IMG/VR virus record: IMGVR_UViG_3300028886_000029
Coordinates: 1-46,006 of that record
Origin: a virus
Taxonomy: Duplodnaviria > Heunggongvirae > Uroviricota > Caudoviricetes
DNA: 46,006 nt
Reading direction: 5' to 3' (one strand)
The first letter of the stretch is position 1. Each line of letters starts with the position of its first letter. A program made the translations under genes and the position numbers. Below are positions 34,455 through 44,974 of the stretch, piece after piece. The notes beneath the pieces are model-generated. The model was not told the origin of the DNA, did not search any database, and worked only from the letters and a program-made list of their open reading frames with translations.

Positions 34455-36482
34455 ATGTTAACATATCAAAATATAAAAAATAACAGCACAAGAAGTCTTG
34501 ACTGTAAAATATATAGGGACGAATATTGGGACTATATGCTTTACAGGGGTGAGGCTTATGGGTGTTTTAATGTGGATAACCAATTACTTGCCGATTTTTC
34601 ATCATTGAACATAGAAGATGGTATTCTTTACTCAACAGTTAAATGGCAAGATGCCGTTAACGAAGGTGTGCTGATGGAAGACATTGGTTTCACCGGTATT
34701 GACAACGGCCTTATCCATTTTAGGAAAGACAGAATTTCGAACCAAGACTTTCTTAATATATTAACAGGAAGCACATATGACATACCTGAGGGTGACACAA
34801 GGTTTTTCTTGTCACCGGTAACCGGTAATACATTGGATTTTGAATATCCCATGTACTATAATGATGATGAGAAATATATTAGTTTCCAAGGCGGTTTTTA
34901 TCAAGGATTTTACAAACTTCACGGTTTTAAATATCAAACACTTCCAAATGGTCCTGATACCGAATGGGGTCTTTATTTCAAGTTAAGACCAAGAACTGAT
35001 TATGAAATCGGTGTGAGAACCGTTAATCATATACATCCTGAGAATAACGGTTTGTTTTTCTATATGGGTACAAGAGCCGAAAACAAATTCTCTAATTTGT
35101 ACAAAATGGACAGTGCGGTCACAGAGACCCTTAAAAGGGAAAGTGTCATGACTGACGGTTATTTTGCCCCATATACTTGTGACGAAAGTGGTGATACGGT
35201 TGACTTACAAAACAAAATCGTTCATGTTAAGGATTATCTTACTGATTTGACAGAAGATGAGCGACCTGTACATATGGACTATTATAATGACGGTAGTGTT
35301 GAGTGTGAGAGAAGAAATCCTATTTCTTATTTCGATGACAATTATATTGACATGGACAGCATGGATTTCTGTTGGGAAGAGAAAGAGGAACCCAAACCAC
35401 AGCCTAAACCGAAACCAAAATATAAACCATACCCATATGACGGATGTGAATGTCATATAACAAGCATACCTGATTATGATTGGCATGTGTCAAGTCTATA
35501 TGATTACAAATATGAGGAAGACTCACACTGTTGTGACTCTTGTCCTAAACCACAACCTAAGCCTGAAAAACCTGACTGTGCGGATTATTTCGGAGATGAG
35601 TACTCACACAAGGATATTTGCCCTGACAGTGACAAGTCAATTGAAGAGGGGTATTTCGCTGATGACGCTGATATTGATGAGAAAAAAATCGCTGACACTT
35701 TTGGACACCTGATTACCAAAAAGGGCTACTATCAAATAGAGTCAGATAACAAGTTCCTCATGTTCGACAGGACACCTGAAGGTTTCACGACAAAAAATTG
35801 GATTGAGAACACCAAAGTGACATTGACAGGTAGACAAGATTGGAGTAATATAAATTATTTTCCTATTATGAACAGAACCTCAACCGGTTACACAGTACAT
35901 GACATTTATAAATATCAGGAAGAAAACGCCATACCATATAACATTTATAAGGACATTAAAAACAATACATTCGGTTTAAGAATAACCGAAAACGGTGCTA
36001 TTGGTTATAGATATGGTGTTTTGGACTGTGACGCTGATAATGACCAACATTATACCGTTGAAGAGGAGTATTCAAAAGACGGAATAATTAAACCTGATGA
36101 GTGGAACACTGTTTATATTAGAATTGTCATAATAAACCCATCATCTGAAAAATGCGACAGATACAAGGGAAAAAGAAAAATGAGATTATACTTTTATGTA
36201 AACGGATTTCTTAAATTCATCAGTAAGGAACTGAATGAATTTAATTTCAGGGAACTAAATGATGACTATCAGAAACAAGAGGCTGTTCCATTCAGTATCT
36301 CACTTGGTGGTGGTACACAAGGATTACTTGAAACAATCTTACCTGATTATTATTGGACTTCAAATTATATATTTCCAATAGAAAAGTCTTTCTGCGGCAC
36401 ATTTATTGGTGACATAAAGGATTTTAGAATATATAACGGTTTTGTTAATTTCAGTATAATAAACAACGATTTCTTATGTTAA
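34455..36482 (+). CDS. Large putative virion structural protein (beta-rich, LamG-like C-terminus possible; Pro-Lys tracts)
   Basis: About 675 aa; CTATTTAT at 34427-34434; PKPQPKP linkers; YVNGFL and F.GDIKDFRIYN motifs. Confidence 0.65.
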   Translation: MLTYQNIKNNSTRSLDCKIYRDEYWDYMLYRGEAYGCFNVDNQLLADFSSLNIEDGILYSTVKWQDAVNEGVLMEDIGFTGIDNGLIHFRKDRISNQDFLNILTGSTYDIPEGDTRFFLSPVTGNTLDFEYPMYYNDDEKYISFQGGFYQGFYKLHGFKYQTLPNGPDTEWGLYFKLRPRTDYEIGVRTVNHIHPENNGLFFYMGTRAENKFSNLYKMDSAVTETLKRESVMTDGYFAPYTCDESGDTVDLQNKIVHVKDYLTDLTEDERPVHMDYYNDGSVECERRNPISYFDDNYIDMDSMDFCWEEKEEPKPQPKPKPKYKPYPYDGCECHITSIPDYDWHVSSLYDYKYEEDSHCCDSCPKPQPKPEKPDCADYFGDEYSHKDICPDSDKSIEEGYFADDADIDEKKIADTFGHLITKKGYYQIESDNKFLMFDRTPEGFTTKNWIENTKVTLTGRQDWSNINYFPIMNRTSTGYTVHDIYKYQEENAIPYNIYKDIKNNTFGLRITENGAIGYRYGVLDCDADNDQHYTVEEEYSKDGIIKPDEWNTVYIRIVIINPSSEKCDRYKGKRKMRLYFYVNGFLKFISKELNEFNFRELNDDYQKQEAVPFSISLGGGTQGLLETILPDYYWTSNYIFPIEKSFCGTFIGDIKDFRIYNGFVNFSIINNDFLC

Positions 36483-36515
36483 AAAAAGAGAGGTAAATAC
36501 TTACCTCTCTTTTTT
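36481..36515. terminator. Bidirectional intrinsic terminator
   Basis: A7-gagaggtaa-atac-ttacctctc-T6 between convergent genes. Confidence 0.85.
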
Positions 36516-36536
36516 ATTGTATTCACTATTTACCTT

Positions 36537-37541
36537 TTAAATATCTTGAGCGTCTTGTACTGTCCAACCTTCTGGAATACCATGTGTACCTGTTGGCCAA
36601 GATGTTATAGATGCCGCCTTGACAAATGTACCTGTTGATGCCACACCACTTACCCAATAGAATGTACAAGCACTTACTGATATATCAGTGGCAAGACATT
36701 TTATATAATTAAGTTTCCTACAACCATAGAACATGCTAACATAACAATCTTTTGTTAATGTAGTGGCAGGTAATTCAGGTGCTTGGATAAGATTTGTACA
36801 ACCTTCGAACATCATATAATAACAACCTTCTGTTAATGTAGTTGCAGGTAACTCAGGTGCGGTAGTAAGGCTTGTACAACCTTCGAACATACTGCCATAA
36901 CAAGTTCTTGCTAATGTGGTTGCAGGTAACTCAGGCGCAGTAGTAAGGCTTGTACAACCATAGAACATGCTAACATAACAATTATTTGCTAATGTTGTTG
37001 CAGGTAACAGTAATTCACTTGCATCAGTTAAACCTGTACAGTTGTAAAACAAACTACGAAATGTGTAAATGTTTGATAATGTGGTTAGTGTACTGAAATT
37101 GGTTGAGTTAGTCAAGGACATTATATTTCCTTTGACCTTAAATTGTGCCGTACTACCACTGAATGTACTATAATAAGTGTCAGTACCATATGTGGTGTTA
37201 TTTCCACGGAATTGAATAATGTCACCTGACACAACTGATATACTTGGTACTGATGAGCCGTTATTACTTGTAATAGATGTCCATCCGCTTTCATTTAAAT
37301 TATATTCAATGGTTTTAGTTAAAGCAGTACTATATGCTTTCCAATAAATATCACCACCATCCGTTATTTCAAATGTCAAAGGTGTTTGAAGTTTTCTCTC
37401 CCTTTCTTTTTCTTCCTCGGTTTTATTAAACTTCACCTCTTTATTTTCAATCACATATGAAGTCCAAGGTCGCTTATATTTTTCTTTTCTTGCGGTGTTA
37501 TATTCGGCGATTGTATTGAATTTATGTACGAATTGACCCAT
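36537..37541 (-). CDS. BspA-like leucine-rich-repeat protein (ELPATTL repeats), possible adhesin/receptor-binding protein
   Basis: 24-aa repeats CYxxMFxGCTSLTxAPELPATTL; ATG at 37541. Confidence 0.8.
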   Translation of the reverse strand: MGQFVHKFNTIAEYNTARKEKYKRPWTSYVIENKEVKFNKTEEEKERERKLQTPLTFEITDGGDIYWKAYSTALTKTIEYNLNESGWTSITSNNGSSVPSISVVSGDIIQFRGNNTTYGTDTYYSTFSGSTAQFKVKGNIMSLTNSTNFSTLTTLSNIYTFRSLFYNCTGLTDASELLLPATTLANNCYVSMFYGCTSLTTAPELPATTLARTCYGSMFEGCTSLTTAPELPATTLTEGCYYMMFEGCTNLIQAPELPATTLTKDCYVSMFYGCRKLNYIKCLATDISVSACTFYWVSGVASTGTFVKAASITSWPTGTHGIPEGWTVQDAQDI

Positions 37542-37756
37542 GATTAATCTAATAATTTTATTTATTATTATACCAATAAATATCACAACAACAAGTAAAA
37601 TCACTATACCTTACATAAAAAAGCCCCATATTTTTCGAAATATTGTCATATTATCAAAAGGTTACATAATCTTTTTCTTTTTTTGTGGTCTAAAATGTTA
37701 ATTTATTGAAATTACACACTATTTATAAAGAAAATAAATTATATACATTTAAGAAT

Positions 37757-39952
37757 ATGGCAAATACATTAATAAATAAGAAGAACGATATTCTTTGTGA
37801 GATAAACGGTGTAACATATTTCAAATTAGTATCTGATTATAAAGGTGATAGAACCAAGAACTGTAGTCTTCTCAGTAGTGAGATTGACGCTAACTTCTAT
37901 TTCCTTAGGGGTATGGACATCAAGAAAGTTGATTTTAACAAAGACACAAAGGAATTGATTTTAACCAGACTTAATGGTGAGCAACTTAAAACCATTATTC
38001 CTGATGAAAAATTTACTCTTGAGTATGACAAGGAAAACGGTATATTGACTGTCACTTTTGAGGATGGCACAACACAAAGTGTTGACGGTTTTCTTGTTGA
38101 GAAAGATATTGAGGACAAAATCAAGAAAATTCTTGGTAAATCAGTTAAGGTTGCCACTGATGGTACTATTAACGGTGACGGTAGGGTAATCAATCCTTTA
38201 AGACTTTCAGAGGTTGAGAGGACAGGTACATACGCACCTGCCAAATACTTCATTGATTTGACTGACAAGGAAAATGTCATACCTGAGGGTGTTTATTCAA
38301 AAGGCACAAGAATTGTCACCAAAGAGTTGTTTACCAAGTTTGGTAGGTTGTACACTTATGAGGAAATTGAGCAACTTAAATGTTTGCTTGCTGAACAAGG
38401 ATTGGATTGGAGGGTTCCGACCAAGGAAGACTGGGATAACATGCTTATCGCAGCCGAATGTCCTGACTATTGCTCAGATGAGTGTGATGATATTGTTTGC
38501 CATGACATTGATGACATTAATATTTGGACAGGTAAAGACGCAGGTGCAAGAGCCAAGTCAATCTCCTCATGGGAAAAAAGTGAAGAGACTGAGGATGGCA
38601 AACCTGTCGGTGGTGAGGACAATTTGCCTGATGACGCAGGTAGTTCCGTGTCAACCATACACATAGTCCCTTGTGGATATGGTGAGGGTTCAAGAGGACC
38701 AATCATTGGTGATGAGGACTCCGATATTGAGGGTGTTGGTCAGGTCGCATCTTTCTGGACTGACACACCAACCGCAACTGCGGCAAAAACCAAATTACAG
38801 AAAAACTATTATACAAGAACATTCTCATTTGACACAAGAAAAGTTCTTCAGGAAGGTTCAAAACCAAGTTCAAGACTTTCATTAAGGCTTGTTAAGGACT
38901 ACACCTATGAGGACATGGAATTCAAAGAGTATGAAAGCATCATGGGTCATACTGTTCCTTGTGTCCTTATTACTGATGAGGAAAAAGATTACGCACAGGT
39001 TTGGACATCAATCAACATTGGTTTCAATGAGGTTGGTGGTGTAATCTCACCTGATTGGGAAAACCTTGAGGATGCTGTCACAACTAAAGGTATTTTTTTC
39101 GTCAACGAATGGGACGGTTCAGAGTGGATTAAGAAACAAATGGTTCCTGGTGACTCTATTGTTATTGTTGATTATGACAACGACCCTGAAACCACTGATG
39201 ACAGATACCATGAATGGAGAGTATATGAGGAAGAGGATGGAACACAGATATTAATGGACACTTCTGAGGCACTAAGAAAAGAGTTTGATGAGGCTATTGA
39301 GGAATTATGGGATGCGTTGAGTGCTGAGACCGCTGAGAGAATCGCAGCCGATGAGGAACTTCAGGACAATATTGACGCTGAGGAAGCCGCAAGAATCAGT
39401 GGTGACACTATGTTACAGGAAATGATTGAGGCTGAGACTGAGAGGGCACAAGAAGCGGAAGAAGAATTATGGAATGCGTTAAGTGCTGAGACCGCTGAGA
39501 GAATCGCAGCCGATGAGGAACTTCAGGACAATATTGACGCTGAGACTGAGAGGGCAACTGAAAGAGAAAATGAGATTGAAAGTGCTTTGACCCAAGAAAT
39601 CGCTGATAGGATTGCCGCTGATGAGGAACTATGGGACGGACTAAGTGCTGAGACCGCTGAGAGAATCGCAGCCGATGAGGAACTTCAGGACAATATTGAC
39701 GCTGAGGAAGCAAGGGCTAAAGAAAGGGAAGACGCTATTGAAAACGCTTTGTTTGAGGAAATTGACAGGGCTACTGCGGCTGAACAAGCACTTGATGAGA
39801 AAATTGATGAGGTTGATGGAAAATCAATTGCTGATGAACCATATACAATTTCAGCAAATGTTGCTAATGAACCTGCACTTACTTTGTTAAGAGAAAACGG
39901 TAACATAATTCCTATAACACTTGATGCCAATTTTGGAGAATTACCTGAATAA
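37757..39952 (+). CDS. Tail-fibre-like protein with a Fibrobacter-major-paralog-like domain and coiled-coil repeats
   Basis: GRLYTYEE..WRVPTKEDW..FWT..LSLRLVKD; AETAERIAADEEL repeats; CTATTTAT at 37719-37726. Confidence 0.7.
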   Translation: MANTLINKKNDILCEINGVTYFKLVSDYKGDRTKNCSLLSSEIDANFYFLRGMDIKKVDFNKDTKELILTRLNGEQLKTIIPDEKFTLEYDKENGILTVTFEDGTTQSVDGFLVEKDIEDKIKKILGKSVKVATDGTINGDGRVINPLRLSEVERTGTYAPAKYFIDLTDKENVIPEGVYSKGTRIVTKELFTKFGRLYTYEEIEQLKCLLAEQGLDWRVPTKEDWDNMLIAAECPDYCSDECDDIVCHDIDDINIWTGKDAGARAKSISSWEKSEETEDGKPVGGEDNLPDDAGSSVSTIHIVPCGYGEGSRGPIIGDEDSDIEGVGQVASFWTDTPTATAAKTKLQKNYYTRTFSFDTRKVLQEGSKPSSRLSLRLVKDYTYEDMEFKEYESIMGHTVPCVLITDEEKDYAQVWTSINIGFNEVGGVISPDWENLEDAVTTKGIFFVNEWDGSEWIKKQMVPGDSIVIVDYDNDPETTDDRYHEWRVYEEEDGTQILMDTSEALRKEFDEAIEELWDALSAETAERIAADEELQDNIDAEEAARISGDTMLQEMIEAETERAQEAEEELWNALSAETAERIAADEELQDNIDAETERATERENEIESALTQEIADRIAADEELWDGLSAETAERIAADEELQDNIDAEEARAKEREDAIENALFEEIDRATAAEQALDEKIDEVDGKSIADEPYTISANVANEPALTLLRENGNIIPITLDANFGELPE
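39320..39706 (+). repeat. Three identical 63-bp direct repeats at 162-bp period
   Basis: Copies at 39320-39382, 39482-39544 and 39644-39706, encoding SAETAERIAADEELQDNIDAE. Confidence 0.9.
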
Positions 39953-39979
39953 TATTAAAATATAAAATACATAAATAAT

Positions 39980-42900
39980 ATGGCAAGATTACAGTTTAGA
40001 CATAAAAGTATTGCGTTTAACACCAGGGAAGACGCTAAGGCTTATCTTTCGGATTTAGTTAATGAAGAAAAAAGACTTTCCGAATCATTTGTCGAGTCAC
40101 TTATTGGCGAACCCCTTGTTGTTAAATATATGGATAATGATAAGGAGCATGCTCTTTTGGCTATTGGTATGTCAGGCGAAACAGGTGATGGCGTTTTATC
40201 AGAGTATCACGTTATTGACAGTGCCAAATATGAGGAAGACATTCAATCCTTATCTGCAATTACTGATGAATTAAAACAGGAAATTGAGGATGCTATTGCT
40301 GATATTGAAGGTATCCAAGATAAAATCAATGAATTGGAAAGTGCTGTTACTGAAACACAGGAGGCACTTGAAGAACTTGATTCTGTTGTTGTTAAAAGTA
40401 TTGAAATAAATAATGATGGACAATGGGAAGGTGATACAGGTAAGTCAATAGTTGCCGAACCTGAAAACAATGTCTTGAAATTTAATTTAACTTCTGATAA
40501 TGTACGCATTGCTGATGGCCATGAAGGACAGTTAATTCATCATGACCATTCTTTAACCGATTTTATAACAAGTGTTGAAGGTTTACATTTCAACAAAGTT
40601 ACCACAGGTTTGGAAACTAATGTTAAAGAACAATATGAGTTGGTTGATGGTGAGGGTCATAAATTAGGTGACGAAGTTGTTAAAATTTATAAAGACAGTT
40701 CGTTATATAGAGCATACCTTGGACATGTTGATGATAGACTTGAGGATTATACAAGGCCCAATATTATTGACGGAACAGGTGAAGCTGCACTTTGTTTTAT
40801 TTATCAAAAGAATACCGGTTTATATGAATTAGTTGCAATCAATGTTGAATCATTCCTTGAGGAAAGTGAATTTGCGGATGGTTTAAAGGTTGACAATCAT
40901 ATTGTTTCAGTTAAAATTGATGAGACAAGTGAGGATTTCTTATCAGTTTCACCTAATGGTGTTAAATTAGATGGTGTTCAAAATACCATTGACAATGCTG
41001 TTGAGGAAGAAACCAATAGAGCAACTGAAAAAGAAAATAATTTACAAGACGAACTTGATGCAACTCAAGTAGGTGCCGGTTTAGCAGAAGATGGTAGTTA
41101 TAAACCACATAATGTTGACCCTGATGATTTAGCAAACTATATCAAAATTGCAACTTCTCTTGACAGTGCTGATGTTATACTTGACAGCGCATTAAAGACT
41201 GTTGAGGATAAGGTTGACAATTTAAGCGCAAGTACTGAATCATTTATTTCAGAAACAAACAACAAAATATCTGAATTAGAAACTTCAACTTCTGATTTGG
41301 AAAATAAAATTACCGAATTAAGTGCTGCTACAACAAGTGAGATTGAAAGAGCAACAAATAAAGAAAACGAAATTGTCACTAATTTAGCAACTGAGACTTC
41401 TGAAAGAGAAGAGGCTGATGCGATTTTAACCAATGTTGTAAGTAACGAAATTAACAGAGCAACTGCAAAAGAAAATGAGATTGAAAGTGCATTAACTCAG
41501 GAAATTGCTGATAGACAGGCTGCAAATGCCGCATTATCTGATAGAATTGATGAGATTGAAGATAACATTGTTGTTGGTGAAAACGCTATTGATGTTACAG
41601 TTGCAGATGATGTTACAAAAGTCACTTTAAAAATCAGTGCTGCTGATAATGTTTTAACTCAGGACGTTAACGGTTTAAAGGCGAACTTATCTGTTGCTAT
41701 TGTTAAAGAGGATGATGTTGAGTATATTGTTCTTAGAGGTAAAGATGATATTGAACTTAGTAAAGTTAATGCTAATAAATTTGTTAAGGATGGAATGCTT
41801 GACAGAGCATATCTTGAGAATAACAATCTTGTTTTAATTTTCAATACAGATTCAGGTAAAGAGCCTATCATTATACCATTAAGTGACTTAATTCCTGTTT
41901 ATACCGCAGGTACATATCTTACACTTGAAAACAATGTGTTTGATGCAAGGGTTGGCCAAGGTGGTTTAGCAACAAATGAAAGTGTTGCGATTTTAAGTGG
42001 TAGAGTTGAAGATAAGATTGCACAACTTGACGGTAGTTATCTTAAACCAGGTTCAATTAGAAATATTATTAACACAACTTTCAGTGACCCTTTAACACAC
42101 ACACCCATTGGGACACAAGAAGACGCTGACAATAACAATCTTCTCAGATACTATCACCCCCAAAGTGGTGTTGATGGTGACATCAGATATTATGTTTCCA
42201 ACAAAACCTCTGACATGCGTCATGGTGATGAGAACCTTGCCGATTATCTTGACTCAATGCAGGATGATTTACAAAATGAGATTGATAGGGCAATCGCAAG
42301 GGAAAATGAGATTGAAAGTGCGTTAACTCAAGAAATTATTGACAGGACTGCCGCTGATGACGAATTATGGGCTGCTTTAAGTGCTGAGACTGTTGAAAGG
42401 ATTGCTGCTGATGAGGAACTTGATGATAAACTTGCTCAGGAAATCATTGATAGACAAAGTGGTGACACAATGTTGTGGGAAGCGTTAAGTGCTGAAACAA
42501 CCGAAAGGAAAGAGGCTGACCAAAACATTATTAATAATATTAACCAAAATCTGTTTGGTGATGCTGAGTATGTTGAAAGTGCCAAGACAATTTGTTTCTA
42601 CAACAAGTTAGGTGAGGTTATTGACACTATTGATGCCACTGATTTCATCAAGGACGGAATGGTTGACAGTGTGACAGTTGATACCGCCTCAGGTGGAACA
42701 CATTCAGGAGAGACTTGCTTGATTATCACTTTCAATGAGGGTGTTGAAGGTCAAAAAGAGGACATTTATATTCCTTTAACCAGTATATTTGACCCAAGCA
42801 ATTACTATAACAAGACTGAGGCTGATGACAAGTTCTTAACTCAAGAAGTGTTCAATGAGAAAGAATATGTGATAGCCCAAGCACTTAACGATATTAATGA

Positions 42901-43324
42901 CAGAATTGACACAGTAAGTGGTGACACAAGTGGTCTTGATGGTCTTAGGGAAGAATTAAGACAGTTAAGTGCCGCAACTGAGGATGGTTTGGAAGACCTT
43001 AATGACAAGATTGATGAGTTAAGTGGTTCTGTTATTGAGAACTATATTACCAAAGAAGCCTATGAGATTGATGAGAAAGTTATTGCTGAGGCATTTAATG
43101 ACCTTAATGACAGACTTCTTGATTTGAGTGGTGTGACAAAGGATGGTTATTATACCAAAGATGAGGTTAACCAACTGCTTAACAATTTGTCAACAACAAT
43201 CTTATCATCGGTCAAGGCAATGTTCATTGGAACTGACAAACAAATCAAGATTACTGAAAGTGGTGACAACATGAAGATTGGATTCGCTGACAACGCTATT
43301 TTCGGTGAGGAGCCACAGGGATAA
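39980..43324 (+). CDS. Long acidic coiled-coil tail-fibre-like protein
   Basis: 1114 aa; E..RA...E..I repeats; two IDATDFIKDGMVD-type modules; EKVIAEAFNDLN repeats. Confidence 0.72.
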   Translation: MARLQFRHKSIAFNTREDAKAYLSDLVNEEKRLSESFVESLIGEPLVVKYMDNDKEHALLAIGMSGETGDGVLSEYHVIDSAKYEEDIQSLSAITDELKQEIEDAIADIEGIQDKINELESAVTETQEALEELDSVVVKSIEINNDGQWEGDTGKSIVAEPENNVLKFNLTSDNVRIADGHEGQLIHHDHSLTDFITSVEGLHFNKVTTGLETNVKEQYELVDGEGHKLGDEVVKIYKDSSLYRAYLGHVDDRLEDYTRPNIIDGTGEAALCFIYQKNTGLYELVAINVESFLEESEFADGLKVDNHIVSVKIDETSEDFLSVSPNGVKLDGVQNTIDNAVEEETNRATEKENNLQDELDATQVGAGLAEDGSYKPHNVDPDDLANYIKIATSLDSADVILDSALKTVEDKVDNLSASTESFISETNNKISELETSTSDLENKITELSAATTSEIERATNKENEIVTNLATETSEREEADAILTNVVSNEINRATAKENEIESALTQEIADRQAANAALSDRIDEIEDNIVVGENAIDVTVADDVTKVTLKISAADNVLTQDVNGLKANLSVAIVKEDDVEYIVLRGKDDIELSKVNANKFVKDGMLDRAYLENNNLVLIFNTDSGKEPIIIPLSDLIPVYTAGTYLTLENNVFDARVGQGGLATNESVAILSGRVEDKIAQLDGSYLKPGSIRNIINTTFSDPLTHTPIGTQEDADNNNLLRYYHPQSGVDGDIRYYVSNKTSDMRHGDENLADYLDSMQDDLQNEIDRAIARENEIESALTQEIIDRTAADDELWAALSAETVERIAADEELDDKLAQEIIDRQSGDTMLWEALSAETTERKEADQNIINNINQNLFGDAEYVESAKTICFYNKLGEVIDTIDATDFIKDGMVDSVTVDTASGGTHSGETCLIITFNEGVEGQKEDIYIPLTSIFDPSNYYNKTEADDKFLTQEVFNEKEYVIAQALNDINDRIDTVSGDTSGLDGLREELRQLSAATEDGLEDLNDKIDELSGSVIENYITKEAYEIDEKVIAEAFNDLNDRLLDLSGVTKDGYYTKDEVNQLLNNLSTTILSSVKAMFIGTDKQIKITESGDNMKIGFADNAIFGEEPQG

Positions 43325-43339
43325 TAAAAACACTATAAT

Positions 43340-43375
43340 AAAAAAGAGAGGTTGGGAAACAGCCTCTCTTTTTTT
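43340..43375. terminator. Bidirectional intrinsic terminator
   Basis: A-run, agagaggtt-gggaaac-agcctctct, T-run. Confidence 0.82.
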
Positions 43376-43376
43376 G

Positions 43377-44123
43377 TTATTTACGACATTCATACATTGT
43401 TAATAATGTATTGTCGTCAAGTGGGACAATAAAACGCTCATAGAAATTGGATACCCAATCATAACCATCCTTTTCCGAATCCATGTCAATCCATTTGTTA
43501 TCATCAACAAAAGCATAGCCCCAAAAAGCGGTCGCATAAGTGACATATCTCTTTTTGTCTTTGAACTTTTCAAAATAGGCTGTCCTGTTTTTCATGTTTT
43601 CAAATATGTTTTTTTCCTGGTCTGTCATAGGTTCACTTTTTTCCATAACCATTTCCCATGCCCTTCGGTAAATTTCCTGCCCAAATAAATGTATTCTGTT
43701 CCAATCAATATCTTTTTTTCTTGCTTGGAAGACCTCATTACCGTCAAGAGTAATGAACGGCACACAAAACATTTTTCCTATTTGATGATATGAGTATTTG
43801 CCTTTTTTGTTTTTGTCCGTTACAGCGTTACCTTCATTATCAAGGTCGTATTCAACGGTGAAATAGTCAAAAAACTCATCATCTGACAACGAATTGACAT
43901 AATTGATTTCATCATTAATGACATCTTTCTCACTATCAGATATACCATTTTCGTTAAGTTCGTCTTTACAAGAATCAACATAAATGTTTTTCAAGTTATG
44001 CGCGTCCTTATAATGATAAACCACATATGGTGTCACCGTTTTATTTTTATCATATTCATTAATGATGTCTTCAGGTTTTTCACCTGCGACAATTGCGGTG
44101 AAAAAGTTGTAATCATCACTCAT
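43377..44123 (-). CDS. Hypothetical protein
   Basis: 248 aa ORF. Confidence 0.75.
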   Translation of the reverse strand: MSDDYNFFTAIVAGEKPEDIINEYDKNKTVTPYVVYHYKDAHNLKNIYVDSCKDELNENGISDSEKDVINDEINYVNSLSDDEFFDYFTVEYDLDNEGNAVTDKNKKGKYSYHQIGKMFCVPFITLDGNEVFQARKKDIDWNRIHLFGQEIYRRAWEMVMEKSEPMTDQEKNIFENMKNRTAYFEKFKDKKRYVTYATAFWGYAFVDDNKWIDMDSEKDGYDWVSNFYERFIVPLDDNTLLTMYECRK

Positions 44124-44361
44124 TATTTAGTCCTTTTGGATAAGATTTATTATTATTATAATAATATATTCTGACTATTTCCTCAAACGCCTTTTTATTG
44201 GCTATTTCCTCATCAATCTGTTTGGTTTTATATAATGTTTTTAAAATCAAATACATTTCTTTATAACGCAAACCTTTCCATTTAAAAAGAAACAATTTAA
44301 TAAACAAATAGAATTTCTTTTTACTTGGAACATCTTTAATAATATCGTTTAACCATTCCAT
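44116..44361 (-). CDS. Hypothetical protein
   Basis: 81 aa ORF coupled to its neighbours. Confidence 0.6.
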   Translation of the reverse strand: MEWLNDIIKDVPSKKKFYLFIKLFLFKWKGLRYKEMYLILKTLYKTKQIDEEIANKKAFEEIVRIYYYNNNKSYPKGLNNE

Positions 44362-44364
44362 ATT

Positions 44365-44571
44365 TTATAACATAAAGACCAATGGCCAGGTTATTGACAT
44401 TATTAATATTAAAATAAGTCTGAGTGCGGCATAGTACATGTTATTATTGGTGACATTATCATCCTTACTAAATATCACTTGTGAAGATGTCATATTAGTA
44501 ATAATGTTACTCACGAACAATAGTGTGCAAAACACCGCAATAATAGCGCAAATATATTTTAATGCAAACAT
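44365..44571 (-). CDS. Small membrane protein
   Basis: Two hydrophobic helices. Confidence 0.65.
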   Translation of the reverse strand: MFALKYICAIIAVFCTLLFVSNIITNMTSSQVIFSKDDNVTNNNMYYAALRLILILIMSITWPLVFML

Positions 44572-44882
44572 TATTCAAGTCCTTTAAGGTTCTCAATTAT
44601 TTTATCAACAGGTACCGCGCCGACAGTCCTACTTACCTCTTTTCCGTCCTTAAAGAAAATAAGTACCGGAATACCTCTTATATTAAGGTCTGCCGTGATA
44701 GCATCGGCAAATTCATCATCCACATCAATTTCCCCAAATGGAACTGTTGTGTCCAAACCTTTTATTGTTTCAGCCAAAAACCTACAAGGAGCGCACCACA
44801 CCGCTGAAAACTTTATCACTGCGCACCCTTTAATCATACTCTTATACTCATCTAATGAGTTAATCTTTTTAATTGTAACCAT
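44571..44882 (-). CDS. trxA: Thioredoxin
   Basis: FSAVWCAPC, IRGIP, FKDG. Confidence 0.92.
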   Translation of the reverse strand: MVTIKKINSLDEYKSMIKGCAVIKFSAVWCAPCRFLAETIKGLDTTVPFGEIDVDDEFADAITADLNIRGIPVLIFFKDGKEVSRTVGAVPVDKIIENLKGLE

Positions 44883-44974
44883 AATATATTTTTTTTTACT
44901 AAAATACTAATAAAAAAAAGAAAAAGCAAGTGATTTTACTTGCTTTTCCAAAATAATAGTAACAAAGTTAAAAA

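Noticed and set aside
36537-37541. Diversity-generating retroelement target
   Set aside because: No template repeat with adenine-specific differences and no reverse transcriptase in the window.
679-44910. Short antisense or overlapping ORFs in the track (e.g. 1956-2252, 6003-6386, 29156-29524, 39408-39713)
   Set aside because: They lie opposite well-supported genes or RNAs and have no recognisable motifs; treated as shadow ORFs.
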